Below the pieces are notes generated by a model. The model had not been told where the DNA came from. It searched no databases and was given only the letters and a program-made list of their open reading frames with translations. Positions 35,601-47,593 of a stretch of 64,000 nt of DNA are shown one piece after another; the first letter of the stretch is position 1; the number at the start of each line of letters is the position of its first letter. A program made the position numbers and the translations under genes. Source of the DNA: Somniosus microcephalus (lineage: Eukaryota); NCBI GenBank assembly GCA_052327205.1, contig CM126221.1, positions 47,864,001 to 47,928,000 on the forward strand, written 5' to 3'.

Positions 35601-36206
35601 TAATTCATGCAGTAGATACAATCACACTTCAAACCTCCACAGCAAATAAACACGTAAAAATTCAGTGTTAACTTTTTGTTGGCAATATGTCATTGTGTCT
35701 GGTTGATGTAGAGATGTTGCTGTAATAACTAAAAACAAAAAAAATTACAGATGAAATCACACTACAGTATCAGGATTCTTTTTTAAAATAAAATCATTAC
35801 AAAACATTATGATTAACAATGTTGGTAATACATCAGGGGATTTACTGATTGTGAGAGCGCTGAATTAGCCAATAATCAAGATGGCCTAATTGCTGCTGTT
35901 CATTACTATATATAATTATGTTAATTCAGCTTCTTTGCATCAACTAGCTCAGAGACTGTTCCAAGCTAGTCCCTTGATGTCAAATGCATCAATCCTTGAG
36001 CAAAATTAATCTAAATACCCAGATAGAATGGTGAGAAACAAAAAAGAAAAATGTATGTTGTTTGTTCTTTGTGTTCCATTTTCATTGAGACTTCAATCTA
36101 GAAAATGATGGCCTTTTGAATTTGACAATTTGAACTAATTTCTCATGAAGGTGCTTTTGATTCTGTAGTAATCTTCGGACAGCCTAGGTTGACTAAGGTG
36201 GATGTG

Positions 36207-36467
36207 TAGGATTGCCAACCCTCCTGGATTGTACCGGAGTCTCCGGGAATTAAAGATTAATCTCCTAAGAAGTGCTGCGAGCAACCCGCGAGAAGAATCA
36301 TAGGGGCATTAAAAAAAAAATTGTATTTTGAAAAATTTTCTTTGAACACTTCTATTTATTAGTTATAAAAATATTCGAGATGGGGAAAGGGCTGGCAAGA
36401 TGGATGGAGGCGGGCGTTCATGCGATGAAACCTTCCGGAATGGGTCCAACCACAGTTGCCAACTGTA
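36207..36467. mobile_element. Possible hAT-type MITE (TAGGGTTGCCA-like terminus)
   Basis: Left end TAGGATTGCCAAC; degenerate right end GTTGCCAACTGTA. Confidence 0.4.
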
Positions 36468-37039
36468 GGAGTGAGACGAACATCTTTAGCCCACAACGGC
36501 CAAACTGCCTTCATGGAGGAGGGTGGGGCAGCCAGCTCTTGTGATTTTTACTATCTCGCCCTGTTCTATTAAGAGACTTGAGGAGGAAACTGCTCCACTG
36601 CACTTATGGTGAAATGCCTATTATTTGTGTGTTGTGGTAATTCTTCAGGAGTCGGTGATGTCGTCACATGGGCTTGGGTTTTGCTTCAGGCTGTCCTTTT
36701 AATGCTTGAATTAAGACACTTCTTTCAGCGGGAAATAAGAGTAGAGCCTAGCCTTGGGGAACCTGTTGTCTCACAGTGTGATCAACCCATCATAGTTGAG
36801 CCACCTTATTAAGCATGGCTGCTACTACAGTTAAGGTAGAATTTCAATCTTGGGCATTTTATCTTGCCATTTGATGCCCACAAGTTGTGTCAATGTTGAA
36901 TCATTTATTGGATTATATTTTTGCCAGATTACAGCACGAAACATGTTCAAATTGGTTACAGCTAGCTATTTCTGCAGAAGGCAGAGAATTCACACCCCAA
37001 TTCCTGTTTTCCATCAACATGCATCTATTACAGGTATTG

Positions 37040-37545
37040 CAAAGTTTTTACAGCACAGAAACAGGCCATTCGGCCCATCAGGTCCATGCCCATTTTTATG
37101 CTCCACACGAGCCTCTTCCCACCCATCTTCATCTCACCCCATCAACATATCCTTCTATTCCTTTCTCCCACATGTGCTTATCTAGCTTCCCCTTGAATGC
37201 ATCTATGCTATTCTCCTCAACTACTCCCTGTGGTAGCGAGTTCCATATTCTAACTTCTTTGGGTAAAGACATTTCTCCTGAATTCCGTATTGGATTTATT
37301 AGTGACTATCTTATATTTATGGCCCCTAGCCCGCAAGTAGAAACATCTTCTCTACGTCTACCCCATCAAACCCTTTCATAACCTTAAAGACCTCTATCAG
37401 GTCACCCCTCAGTCTTTTTTCTAGAGAAAAGAGCCCCAGCTGGATGGGTATAACCTCTCCGTTCTGATATCATTCTAGTAAATCTTTTCCTTTTTATAAT
37501 ATGGAGATCAGAGCTGACCAAGTGTGGTCTAACCAGGGTTCGATA
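37040..37545 (-). mobile_element. Decayed CR1 3' fragment
   Basis: ACAGCACAGAAACAGGCCATTCGGCCCATC (CR1 3' UTR, reverse) and the minus-strand remnant YRTLVRPHL...RFTRMI. Confidence 0.75.
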
Positions 37546-40500
37546 CATCTGAAGCTGGTTGTTGTGGAACAAAATGATGATTAATGTTTTAATATCTGTG
37601 TGAAAAGCAATTAGTGTCATCTGCTCAGCAATGTACCTGATTGCTGTCTGGACAAGTGTTAATTTCTTGCAATCACCAATCGATCAAAGGGTCGAAACAG
37701 ATCAATGAGTTTCTCAGAAAGGAGGCAATTCATTCCATTCAATTGCAAACATCCTTTGGGGCTATTTATAGTACATATTTGTTTGGCAGCTGCATTTGTG
37801 TGAGCAAATGGCATTTTGAATCCCCCGAGTGTTTAGCCATCTAAATGTACTTATGAAAATACCTGTTTTGGGGTAACTTCAAAGACATTTAGAGCTGTAT
37901 TTAAGTTGAGTTGCAGCAAGAAGTCAGTCGGGGGAACGCAGCTAATCAGAGGGTTCTGTGGTAGAGCACTCCTACATTAGAAGAAGCTACTGTGTAATTA
38001 GACATTTTTATGTTGAGAGTTAGCGCAGAAGAGTTCAATAAATCTGTTGGTTTATAGCTTGAACTGCGGTCTGATTTAATGTATATTCTTCTGGCAAGTG
38101 AAGTTGAGGAGATCATGTGACAACACATGATGTGCCAATAAGTTGAATAGCAGTGACGAGGATTCTCTGTTCAACCCCTGTGTCTCACTACATTTACCTA
38201 GATATTGGGAACAAAAGGGCATACTCTGGTTTATAGGGGACATCAGGTCCACTTCTGATAGTAGGCGATGATGCTGAACCCAAGGAGACTATCGAGCATA
38301 AAACCCCTAAAACATGGAATACGCAGAGAACAACTTCAATTCTCCCTGAAATGTCTTTGGCATACGTTTTGCAATCATGGAGAAGAGATGAGTCAGTGAT
38401 TGCTGGGTAGATTTTCCGTTTGAATTTGACACCATGCTGGTCACATTCTCAAACCCTGAGCCAGTGTAAGGTGGTACTAGCTTTCATAATGTCATTAAAG
38501 ATGTCCTGGTCTATTATACCATTGTTAGAGAATTCTTTCAAGGTAAATGAAGTATTGAACCATATTTACTGTTTTGTGAATAATGATAAATATTGGTTTT
38601 GATTTGTATGTTGGTATATCACTTCAATTTTTTCTGTCCGAGAGGTCGTAACATTTAACATGGTTATCCACATCTCGGATATGATACTATATACCACAAC
38701 CTCGTTGGTTGGGAGTCCATGTAATAAAAGATGACGATTACATATTAATTTGAGCATCATTAGTGCTCAAATTATGCTATTTTGCCATTTTTTTAAAAAT
38801 GAAGTCGATTTTCTATAGTTATGTACCGAATTGCCTGACGGAGCTGTTTTTCAGATGTCACTGCAGATATGCCTACTGGAAAAAAACAGTTTTACAGTGT
38901 CATCAGTTTGCTGTCACGGTCAGCTTGGGGTGGGGGGGGGGGGGGTGGTTGGCGGTGATACCTTTCAGCTTGGCAGCATGAAGCCATTGAGCAAATTTTA
39001 CATACCAGATATCTAGAACACAGGACTGATTGCCACTACAATGTATTTGTTTCCATGAAACTGCTTGGTGAGCACTCAAGTTTTTGGACAACTGGAATTT
39101 ACAGCTGTCCAATTTATCATTTTAACAAGTCAGATTTTTCAAAATGTGACTTGTACTAATCTACACTCTCCATGAAGGAAGTTGCATGGGAACAAGTTAA
39201 TACTTACAGGTGATAATGTGAGAAGCTTGATTTTCATGGTTGTCATTACCACTCCACGACTGTCTGATAGAAGGTGTGATTTAATGGCATAATTTGGGTT
39301 CTGCCAGTATTTTGCTGTCTGCTCCATCTAGTGTCCCAGTGGAAACAAAGAAAGTTCATTTAACAGACAATCAAGTTTGTTGCCAGCAAACCTGGAACTC
39401 TATTGGTGGGATAGTGCTTTGCACAAGCTATCTCCTCTGGAGTACCATTGGTTATCGACAACAAGTTTCATTTTATATAGTGCCTTTAACATAGAAAAAC
39501 ATCCCAAGGTACTTCTCCGAGAAATAGTCAAGCAAAAATGGACACCAAGCCAGAGAAGGAGACATCAGGAGGGGTGACCAAAAACTTGGTTGAAGAGAGG
39601 AAGGTCCGAAAGGAGGAGAAGGAGGTAGTGGGGAGCTCTATAGTTGACAAATGCATTATATGGGAGCTCTATGGAAACTAACCAGCCAATTGCGATGGTC
39701 TGAGGATTTAAAAATATTCACTGCAAATCCCCTGGCCTGTGTCATTGTGAAACCTGACTGGAAATCAAATTGTTCCCTGATTGCTTAAAACCCTGTCCTC
39801 TCCATTTTGATGTAGTTTCCCTAAGGAAAGACGATGCCTGACCAAAGACCTTCAAAGGAAAAAAGCTATAATAATGCAGAAAGATGTTGGAAGCTGAACA
39901 GTTTACTTTAAACCCTTTAAGCACACAATTTCCTCTGCCTTCCTCTCATCGAACATCTGTAAAGGTTATGTCCATTTGTGATGAAGCATATCACAGTCTA
40001 AAGTACAATGAGAAAACTACAAAAAATCTCTTAACCCTTTGCGAGCACAGCAGATATTTTGGAAATGTGGAACAGAAAATATTTGAAAATGTTCTGTCTT
40101 CAAATAATTCAATCAGTAATTAGTAATAGTTGAGTCTACTCCAGATAAATCCATAATTGATCATACATAATTCCAATTGCAGCCATCTAGTCTTCTATTA
40201 TGTATAACTCTCTTTTTCATGCATGATCTCAATAGAATCCATTCATATTTTCTTCACTTCATCTTTTCATTGCTTAGCAAGTATTGTTCATCTGCTCCTT
40301 AAATTAAATACAAATAAAGCAGCATTTGTTAACTATTTATTCTTTCCAGTGCTAGGTGCCAGATGTCTGTCATGTTTGTTTTGAGAGCAAAGTGTAACAT
40401 TTACTCTTTTTGAAACTGTCCACTTACAATAGGTAATAATCCAAACCTGGTGGCAGATTCTCCGGATGTCCTTCCATTTCAGAGCGCATCATATTATCTC

Positions 40501-42156
40501 ATCCATGCCATCTTTTTACTTTGGCCAACCGATACTAATGTACTGCCTTAATATTGTGACCAAGAAGGGCATCTTTCTTTCCTCTCCCATATTTTTTTTA
40601 ACATTTTTCTATTTGTTGTAACTATATTTATTTTAACTTAATCATAAAGTTTTTTTTTAAAGATTCTGTCTTGGCATTTTCTGGATTTTTATTTGTGCTT
40701 GGGTGTAAATAAGAGTCAAACAGATAGGAAAGCTTGTTTACATAGGAATCCCTTCTATAAAAGGCTCCTAGGCGATGAGGTTTGGAAAGGGGGTGGGGGA
40801 GATTTCAATTGGGTTACCTGTTGGTACTCATTACTGGAATAGTAGTCTCAGCTGTTACCTTTTACTAGGTCAGAAGTTGATGATTGCACAGTGTTCAGCT
40901 CCGTTTGCCATTCCTCAGATAATGAAACAATCCATGCTCGCTGATAAATGGCAAGTAACATTTGCACCACACAAGTGCCAGGCAATGACCATCTCCATCA
41001 AGAGAGAGCTTAACCAACTCCCCATGGATGCTCAATGGCAATATTGCCAAGTTCCTCCACCATCAACATCCTGGGGATCACTATTGACCAGAAACTCAAC
41101 TTGACTGAACACATAAGTGCTGTGGCTACTAGAGCAGGTCAGAGGCTGTGTATTCTGCAGCAAGTGGCTTACCCCCTGACACCCCCCCCACCTCCCCAAA
41201 GCCACCTACAAGGCACAAATCAGGAGTGATTCTAGGTGCAACTTGCATTCATTTGAGGTCAAAGTTTATGTAATTACATTGTTTGTGTCCCTGTCTTAAA
41301 ATGGAATTACATGACTGGTCAGTGAAGAACCATACATCCAGAATCAAGAGAAAAGATTTTCCATTAAAGATTTTTTTTTTGCTGATGCATTCTCGAGGAG
41401 GTCTTTGTAGTAGAATTCAAAGAAGATTCTAATTGATGCTTTGGATCTGTGGCTTATTCCCCTCAATGTTTCAATTACTTTTCCTTAAGGGACTGCTGGT
41501 GTGAAGAGGGAAGTGGGATGGCTTTGACTGCTTGCCAGACATTACTGCACTTTAGATTTTATGATCTTTTATAGCCTTTAAGTTAATGCATTCAAACATT
41601 TCTCTTGGATTTTGACAGAATTCATATCAAACAAAGTCATCATTAAATGGAAGGCCAACCCACAATTTATAGACCTTGGCACAGAATCTAACAATTTTAT
41701 GAATTATTAGAAATCATTGGAACTGACACTAGAAATTATATTGTGCACTACTCAAAGCTGGGCACAATGAGGCCACCATCCTGAGTCCATGCTGGGGAGC
41801 ACAACACACAAGGCAGCGCACAAGGTCAAAGTTTAGTGTCCCAATTTCTTGCGGGAGCATTGAGGCATTTGATTGGGCCCAGCCATGAGGTCACAGTGCT
41901 GCGCAGGCCTTAAAAGGCTTGTGGGTGCTGAAAGTAACTGGTGCCACTTGGGTGTTTGGGATTACCTGTGCAGGAAATACTGTAGCCTCAGCAAAGTTTA
42001 ACATTTTGAAAGCTTGCAATTTATAGCCAATTATTCTGCAATGCTTCTGTGCAGATTATCTTTGAAATGAAATTGCCAAAGGAGAGAGGTTTTGTTGCTG
42101 CATTAAAAATAGTGTTTAATCCATCACTGTGTCAGGCAGTTTAAGAGCATCTTGCT

Positions 42157-42366
42157 TTGATAATGAGGCAATTGAGCAGCTGCTGCAGAAATGGGAGCAA
42201 AGGAGGGATGCCCTGTTTCCCCGCCATGAAAGGAAGGGGCCTGAAGGCTGTGGCATGCAGATCATGGCAAGAGGTGACTGAGGTCATCCACTCCAGTAGC
42301 ACTGTCCAGACATCAATACAATGCAAAATGAAGTTTAACAAACCCCACCAGGAGCAGGGGAAATAA
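42157..42366 (+). pseudogene. Myb/SANT-like DNA-binding gene remnant of a PIF/Harbinger transposon
   Basis: WQEVTEVIHSSSTVQTSIQCKMKFN fits the W..VA..V.S.....RT..QC.K.F.D trihelix pattern of Harbinger ORF1 proteins. Confidence 0.6.
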
Positions 42367-42440
42367 GTGTGAACCTTTACATGTATAAAGCTGTTTATGA
42401 GCCCCTTCGCACCAATCTAGTGTATCCTAACATACAACCT

Positions 42441-42571
42441 TCTGATGAAGGGTCCCAGACTTGAAACGTTAACTCTGTTTCTCTCTCCATGGATGCTGCC
42501 TGGCCTGCTGAGTATTTCCAGCATTTTCTGTTGTTATTTCAGATTTCCAGCATCTGCAGTATTTTGCTATT
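42441..42571 (+). mobile_element. ~130-bp Penelope-derived terminal fragment beginning with a hammerhead-like core
   Basis: CTGATGA-A-GGGTC-CCA-GACTT-GAAA-CGTT followed by GATGCTGCCTGGCCTGCTGAG; flanked by the direct repeat ATACAACCTTCTG (42432-42444 and 42572-42584). Confidence 0.7.
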
Positions 42572-42989
42572 ATACAACCTTCTGTCCTCATTCAAACTAT
42601 ATAATGTAAGTTTGCAGAGTCTCTTACCCACTTAGGAATATCTCCCTGGTCACAATCTACAAACACTCCACACAAATACTTGGAAGGATCTAATGTAGGA
42701 AAGAACATTAAAACAGCAGCACAGGGAGATGACTCGACCAGTACTGTAGGGTGGGCGGAGACTGCAGTTAGTAATGAAAGTCTCGTACGTCTCCAGAAGG
42801 AAGGCTACTATTACCGGAGAAGGACCTGCTACAATTCAGGAAATAACTCGATTAAGGAAAGAACTGTAGAACTGCAAGGATTGAACCGTGAGCAAGGTGA
42901 CAGGAGATGGAGAAAATGAAGGTTTGCTCTCTTGCCTTCCCTCCCTCCCTCCCTCCCAATTCCAATAATTGTCACAGACTACATTAACT

Positions 42990-45345
42990 CTGATGAATTC
43001 TTAAAGTGCATTTAGGAGAGCTTTTTGAGCCAGCATGTAGAAAGCCCTACAAGAGAGGGAATGTAGCCGGGCAAGTGGTAGAAGTGTCAGTAGGAGAGCA
43101 TTTTGGTGACAGTGACCATAATTCAGTGAGATTTAAGGTAGTCATGGAAAAGGACAAAGATGGACTGGAAATAAAGGTTCTAAATTGGGGGAAGGCTAAT
43201 TTTAATATGATAAGGCAGGATCTGGCCAAAGTGGACTGGGATCAGCTACTTGTAGGAAAATCCACATCAGAGCAGTGGGAGTCTTTCAGAAAGGAAATAG
43301 AGAGATTACAATGCCAACATGTTCCCGTAAAGGTCAAGGGTGGGACCAACAAGCCCAGGGAACCCTGGATGTCAAGGGATATGCAAGAATGGATTAGGAA
43401 AAAAAGGGAGGCTTTTGGCAGATACAAAGGACTAAAAACAGTGGAAGCCCTAGAGGAGTATAGAAAGTGCAGGGGGGTACTTAAAAAAGAAATTAGGAGA
43501 GCGAAGAGGGGGCATGAAAAAACACTGATGGGCAAAATAAAGGAAAATCCCAAGGTGTTTTATAAGTATATTAAGGGCAAGAGGAGGGCCCATTAGGGAC
43601 CAAAGTGGCAATCTGTGTGTAGAGCCGGAAGATGTGGGTGAGGTTTTAAATGAATATTTTACATCTGTGTTCACTATGGAGAAGGACGATGTAGGCATAG
43701 AAATCAGGCAGGGGGATTGTGATATACTTGAACAAATTAGTATTGAGAGGGAGGAGGTACTAGCAGTTTTAGCGGGCTTAAAAGTGGATAAATCCCCAGG
43801 CCCAGACGAGATGTATCCCAGGCTGCTGTGTGAGGCAAGGGAGGAGATTGCAGGGGTTCTGACACAAATTTTCAGAACCTCTCTGGCCACAGGGGAGGTG
43901 CCAGAGGACTGGAGGACAGCTAACGTAGTACCATTATTCAAGAAGGGTAGTAGGGATAAACCAGGGAATTACAGGCCAGTCAGCCTAACATCAGTGGTAG
44001 GGAAATTATTGGAAAAAATTCTGAGGGACAGAATTAGTCTCCACTTGGAGAGGCAAGGATAGTCAGCATGGTTTTGTCAGGGGGAGATCATGTCCAACCA
44101 ATTTGAATTTTTTGAAGGGGTGACTAGGTGTTTGGATGAGGGTAATGCAGTTGATGTAGTCTACATGGACTTCAGTAAGGCTTTTGACAAAGTCCCACAT
44201 GGGAGACTGGTCAAGAAGCTAAGAGCCCATGGGATCCAGGGCAATTTGGCACATTGGATCCAAAATTGGCTTAGTGGCAGGAGGCAGAGGGTGATGGTCG
44301 AAGGTTGTTTGTGTGACTGGAAGCCTGTGTTCAGTGGTGTACCGCAGGGATCGGTGCTGGGTCCTTTGCTGTTTGTAGTGTACATTAATGATTTAGATAT
44401 GAATGTAGCAGGTATGATCAGTAAGTTTGCAGATGACATGAAAATTGGTGGAGTGGTAAATAGCGAGGAGGGAAGCCTCAGGCTACAGGACGATATAGAC
44501 GGGTTGGTCAGATGAGCAGAAAAGTGGCAAATGGAATTTAACCCTGAAAAGTGTGAGGTGATGCATTTTGGGTGGACTAACAAGGCAAGGGAATACACAA
44601 TGAATGGTAGGACCTTAGGAAGGACAGAGGATCAGAGGGACCTTGGTGTGCATGTACATAGATCCCTGAAGGCAGCAGTACAGGTAGATAAGGTGGTTAA
44701 AAAGGCATATGGGATACTTGCCTTCATTAGCCGAGGCATAGAATATGAGAGCAGGGAGGTTATGATGGAGCTGTACAAAACGCTAGTTAGGCCGCAGCTG
44801 GCATACTGTGTGCAGTTCTGGTCGCCACACTATAGGAAGGATGTGATTGCACTGGAGAGGATGCAGAGGAGATTCACCAGGATGTTACCTGGGCTGGAGC
44901 GCTTCAGCTATGAAAAGAGACTGGACAGGCTGGGGTTGTTTTCCTTAGAGCAGAGAAGGCTGAGGGGGGACCTGATTGAGGTGTACAAAATTATGAGGGG
45001 CATAGATAGGGTAGATAGAAAGGAACGTTTCCCCTTAGTAGAGGGGTCAATAACCAGGGGGCATAGTTTCAAGGTAAGGGGCAGGAGGTTTAGAGGGGAT
45101 TTGAGGAAAAACTTTTTCACCCAGAGGGTGGTTGGAATCTGGAACTCACTGCCTGAAAGGGTGGTAGAGGCAGGAACTCTCACAACATTCAAGAAGCATT
45201 TAGATGAGCACTTGAAACGCCATAGCATACAAGGTTACGGACCAAGTGCTGGAAAATGGGATTAGAATAGATAGGGCTTGATGGCCGGCGCAGACACGAT
45301 GGACCGAAGGGCCTCTTTCTGTGCTGTATGACTCTATGGCTCTAT
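42990..45345 (+). mobile_element. CR1 LINE of a second family, ORF2 from the endonuclease end to the 3' UTR, with stops and frameshifts
   Basis: GDSDHNSV (endonuclease C-terminus), KSPGPD, YMDFSKAFDKVPH, GVPQGSVLGP, KFADD and FFTQRVV; tail GACTCTATGGCTCTAT. Confidence 0.93.
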
Positions 45346-46699
45346 ATAGGCAGATGAGTATTCCTTAAGTTCATTCTAAGTGTTGTCGCTCATTTTGCCT
45401 TCACAGAAATGGCATACAATCGCCTTCCATAGAAGCTGCAGGAAGCAGCTAACTTGGCACCCTGTCACAATTCCAAAATTTGGCATTTAGCAGCCCAATT
45501 AAACTCACCTGGGCGATTTAGATAAAGAGAATGAGGGGGGAACTGAGCATAGAGGAGCAGAAGGAGGGACAAGAGGAATCTGCAACAACTGCCTGGGCAG
45601 TGGACTCAAGACCTCTGTGGCCCGACTTTCAAAAGAAGAATGCTTTCAAAGCATGCTAGCCTGTTGCAGTCATTGGGTGATGTAGTCAGCAAGCTTCCGC
45701 AACATGATGGCAAGTGTAGAGGAGTGTGGGGTCCTGATGCACAGAATATAAAATATAGACATCCTTGGAGTGGGTAACTGCCCCAGCACCATCTGCTGCA
45801 CAGCTTTGTACAGCTGAGACCTTGTTCCAGTTTTGGGTGTTCTCCTGAATGCTCTCACTGATGCAATACAGGCTTTTATCTACAGTGTGGCCTTCTCAAT
45901 GGACAGGCTCACAGATGAGGCTGCTCAGTGCAGTTCCTGTCATGGGGTTTGTCAAACTTCAGATCGGTGGGCAGATTGTTAAAGGTCAGGAGAAGGTGCA
46001 GGTTGGAACAGAGGATATTGGTGCTTTCTCTTTAAATGACTCTACTTCCATAATTATCTGCACAGGGGCCTGAAAGCGGGCAAGGCCAGGATGTCCCACA
46101 GCAGTGAATGAACAGTCGCCTGAAGCCGACCCATCTAGTGTTGTGGCTGGTGGAGACTGAGAGCCACCTCGGGTCCTGCATCCTGACACTAATACACAGC
46201 TGCCATCCTTCTGCCCTGTTCCTGCCTTAGGGAATACTTAGACGAAGCACCAGGCTAGTTAGCCATGCACAAAAGACACCCACTGTTAGAAAGGGGAAGC
46301 ACTCTGATGGAAAGAATTAAGTTGACAGTTGACAATTTGGACATCTGTACAATAAATGTGTTGGCTGGAGATTAGGCTGTGTGCAAAGTCCTTTTGATGT
46401 CACTGGCTGTTGAGGTTTCTGTCAGTAGTGGAATGGTGGTGATTGGGAAAGTGAATGGATTCTGTGTAGGTTTTTCAGTGATGTTTTTATTGCAGAGGAA
46501 GGTCAAGAGGGAGGGATGGGATCTAACTGTTATACTAGATGGCATATTTAAGGGAAAAGTTCCAGGATGAGATTTCCCCAGATGGTTCAGCCAGTCGGAA
46601 CCTGACTGCCCTGGAGTCTTTCAGGAGCCTTGCCTTTGTCATGTGACAAATCCTACTGTTTCTCCTCTGGCTTGTTCCACTTTTTGCTTCTCCAGATGG

Positions 46700-47150
46700 A
46701 TGCCCCCGTCCTATAAGGTGTACACAGTATGCGACTATGATTCTAGATATCTTCCCTGGATTACATTGTACGGCAGTCCCTCAATGATCCAGGCATTGGA
46801 ACTTTTGCTTCAGAATGCCAGTGTTGTTTTCAATGGCCACTCTACTGAGCTTCATATCATTCTGCTTTATTAAATGGAGCCCTCAGGGATGTCGTTAACC
46901 ATGGTAACGGTGGATAGTCAAGGTCAGCTCACAACCAGCCCTTTGATCCTTGTCCTTCTACAAACCACGCTGGAATGGTCACTTGTCTGAGGATGAAGGC
47001 ATCGTGCAAGCTGGCAGAGAACCTGGCATTCACCTGCATAATTTTGTGCAGTGACCGCACACTGGCTGGGCGTTGATAGAATAGCATTCCCTTTGATTCA
47101 TTTAAGGGGCACTGCACGGGAGCACACTGCAGCCACAGTGGTGGAGGGGG
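46700..47150 (-). pseudogene. PIF/Harbinger (HARBI1-like, DDE_Tnp_4) transposase remnant
   Basis: The minus strand gives IMQVNARFSASLHDAFILRQ, GWL*ADLDYPPLPWLTTSL and RVAIENNTGILKQKFQCLDH*G....PGKISRIIVA, matching the HD, GD.GY and IE..IG.LK.RF.CL motifs. Confidence 0.8.
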
Positions 47151-47453
47151 TAGAACGGACCTGGTGTGACACCACGTTATAAGTGCTTTTACATTTGGCA
47201 TTTCTGTAGTTTAGGTCACAGGAGCGTGACGTCTGTATGCCAGCTCCCTGCTCTTACACTGCTAAAACAATCTCTTTCATCCCAAAAAAGCAAGAGGTTA
47301 TGGTTCTCACCATTGGGATAAGAGAGCTGGTTTTTGCAAAGTTGTGTTGAAGTACTGAAGGAGTACTGTGTTGTTGGCTAAACCAAGGCCCACGGTACTA
47401 TTCAGAAAACAGTACAAATTCTCCAAATAATCAATAGGTCAATGTGACCCTTC

Positions 47454-47513
47454 TGTAGTGTCCGAGTATCAATAATACACGGACTGCAGGAGAACAATAA
47501 TAACAGGTGTTTA
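47454..47513 (-). mobile_element. Possible 3' (U5) end of an LTR, cut off by the Tx1 array
   Basis: The minus strand reads CAGTAAACACC...GTGTATTATTG...GGACACTACA: an AGTAAA polyA-like signal and an ACACTACA terminus as in TG...CA LTRs. No PBS follows. This is inference from only 60 bp. Confidence 0.4.
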
Positions 47514-47593
47514 CTGAACAGAGGGTACTCTTTTGTTTGTACCAAAAAAAAACAAATTGACTGTAAACAGAAGTTCAACTAAAACTTAACAAA

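Noticed and set aside
47514-47530. 17-bp junction motif as a fragment of U2 snRNA, 5S rRNA or tRNA (known Tx1 targets)
   Set aside because: Neither the motif nor its flank resembles those RNAs as far as I can recognise.
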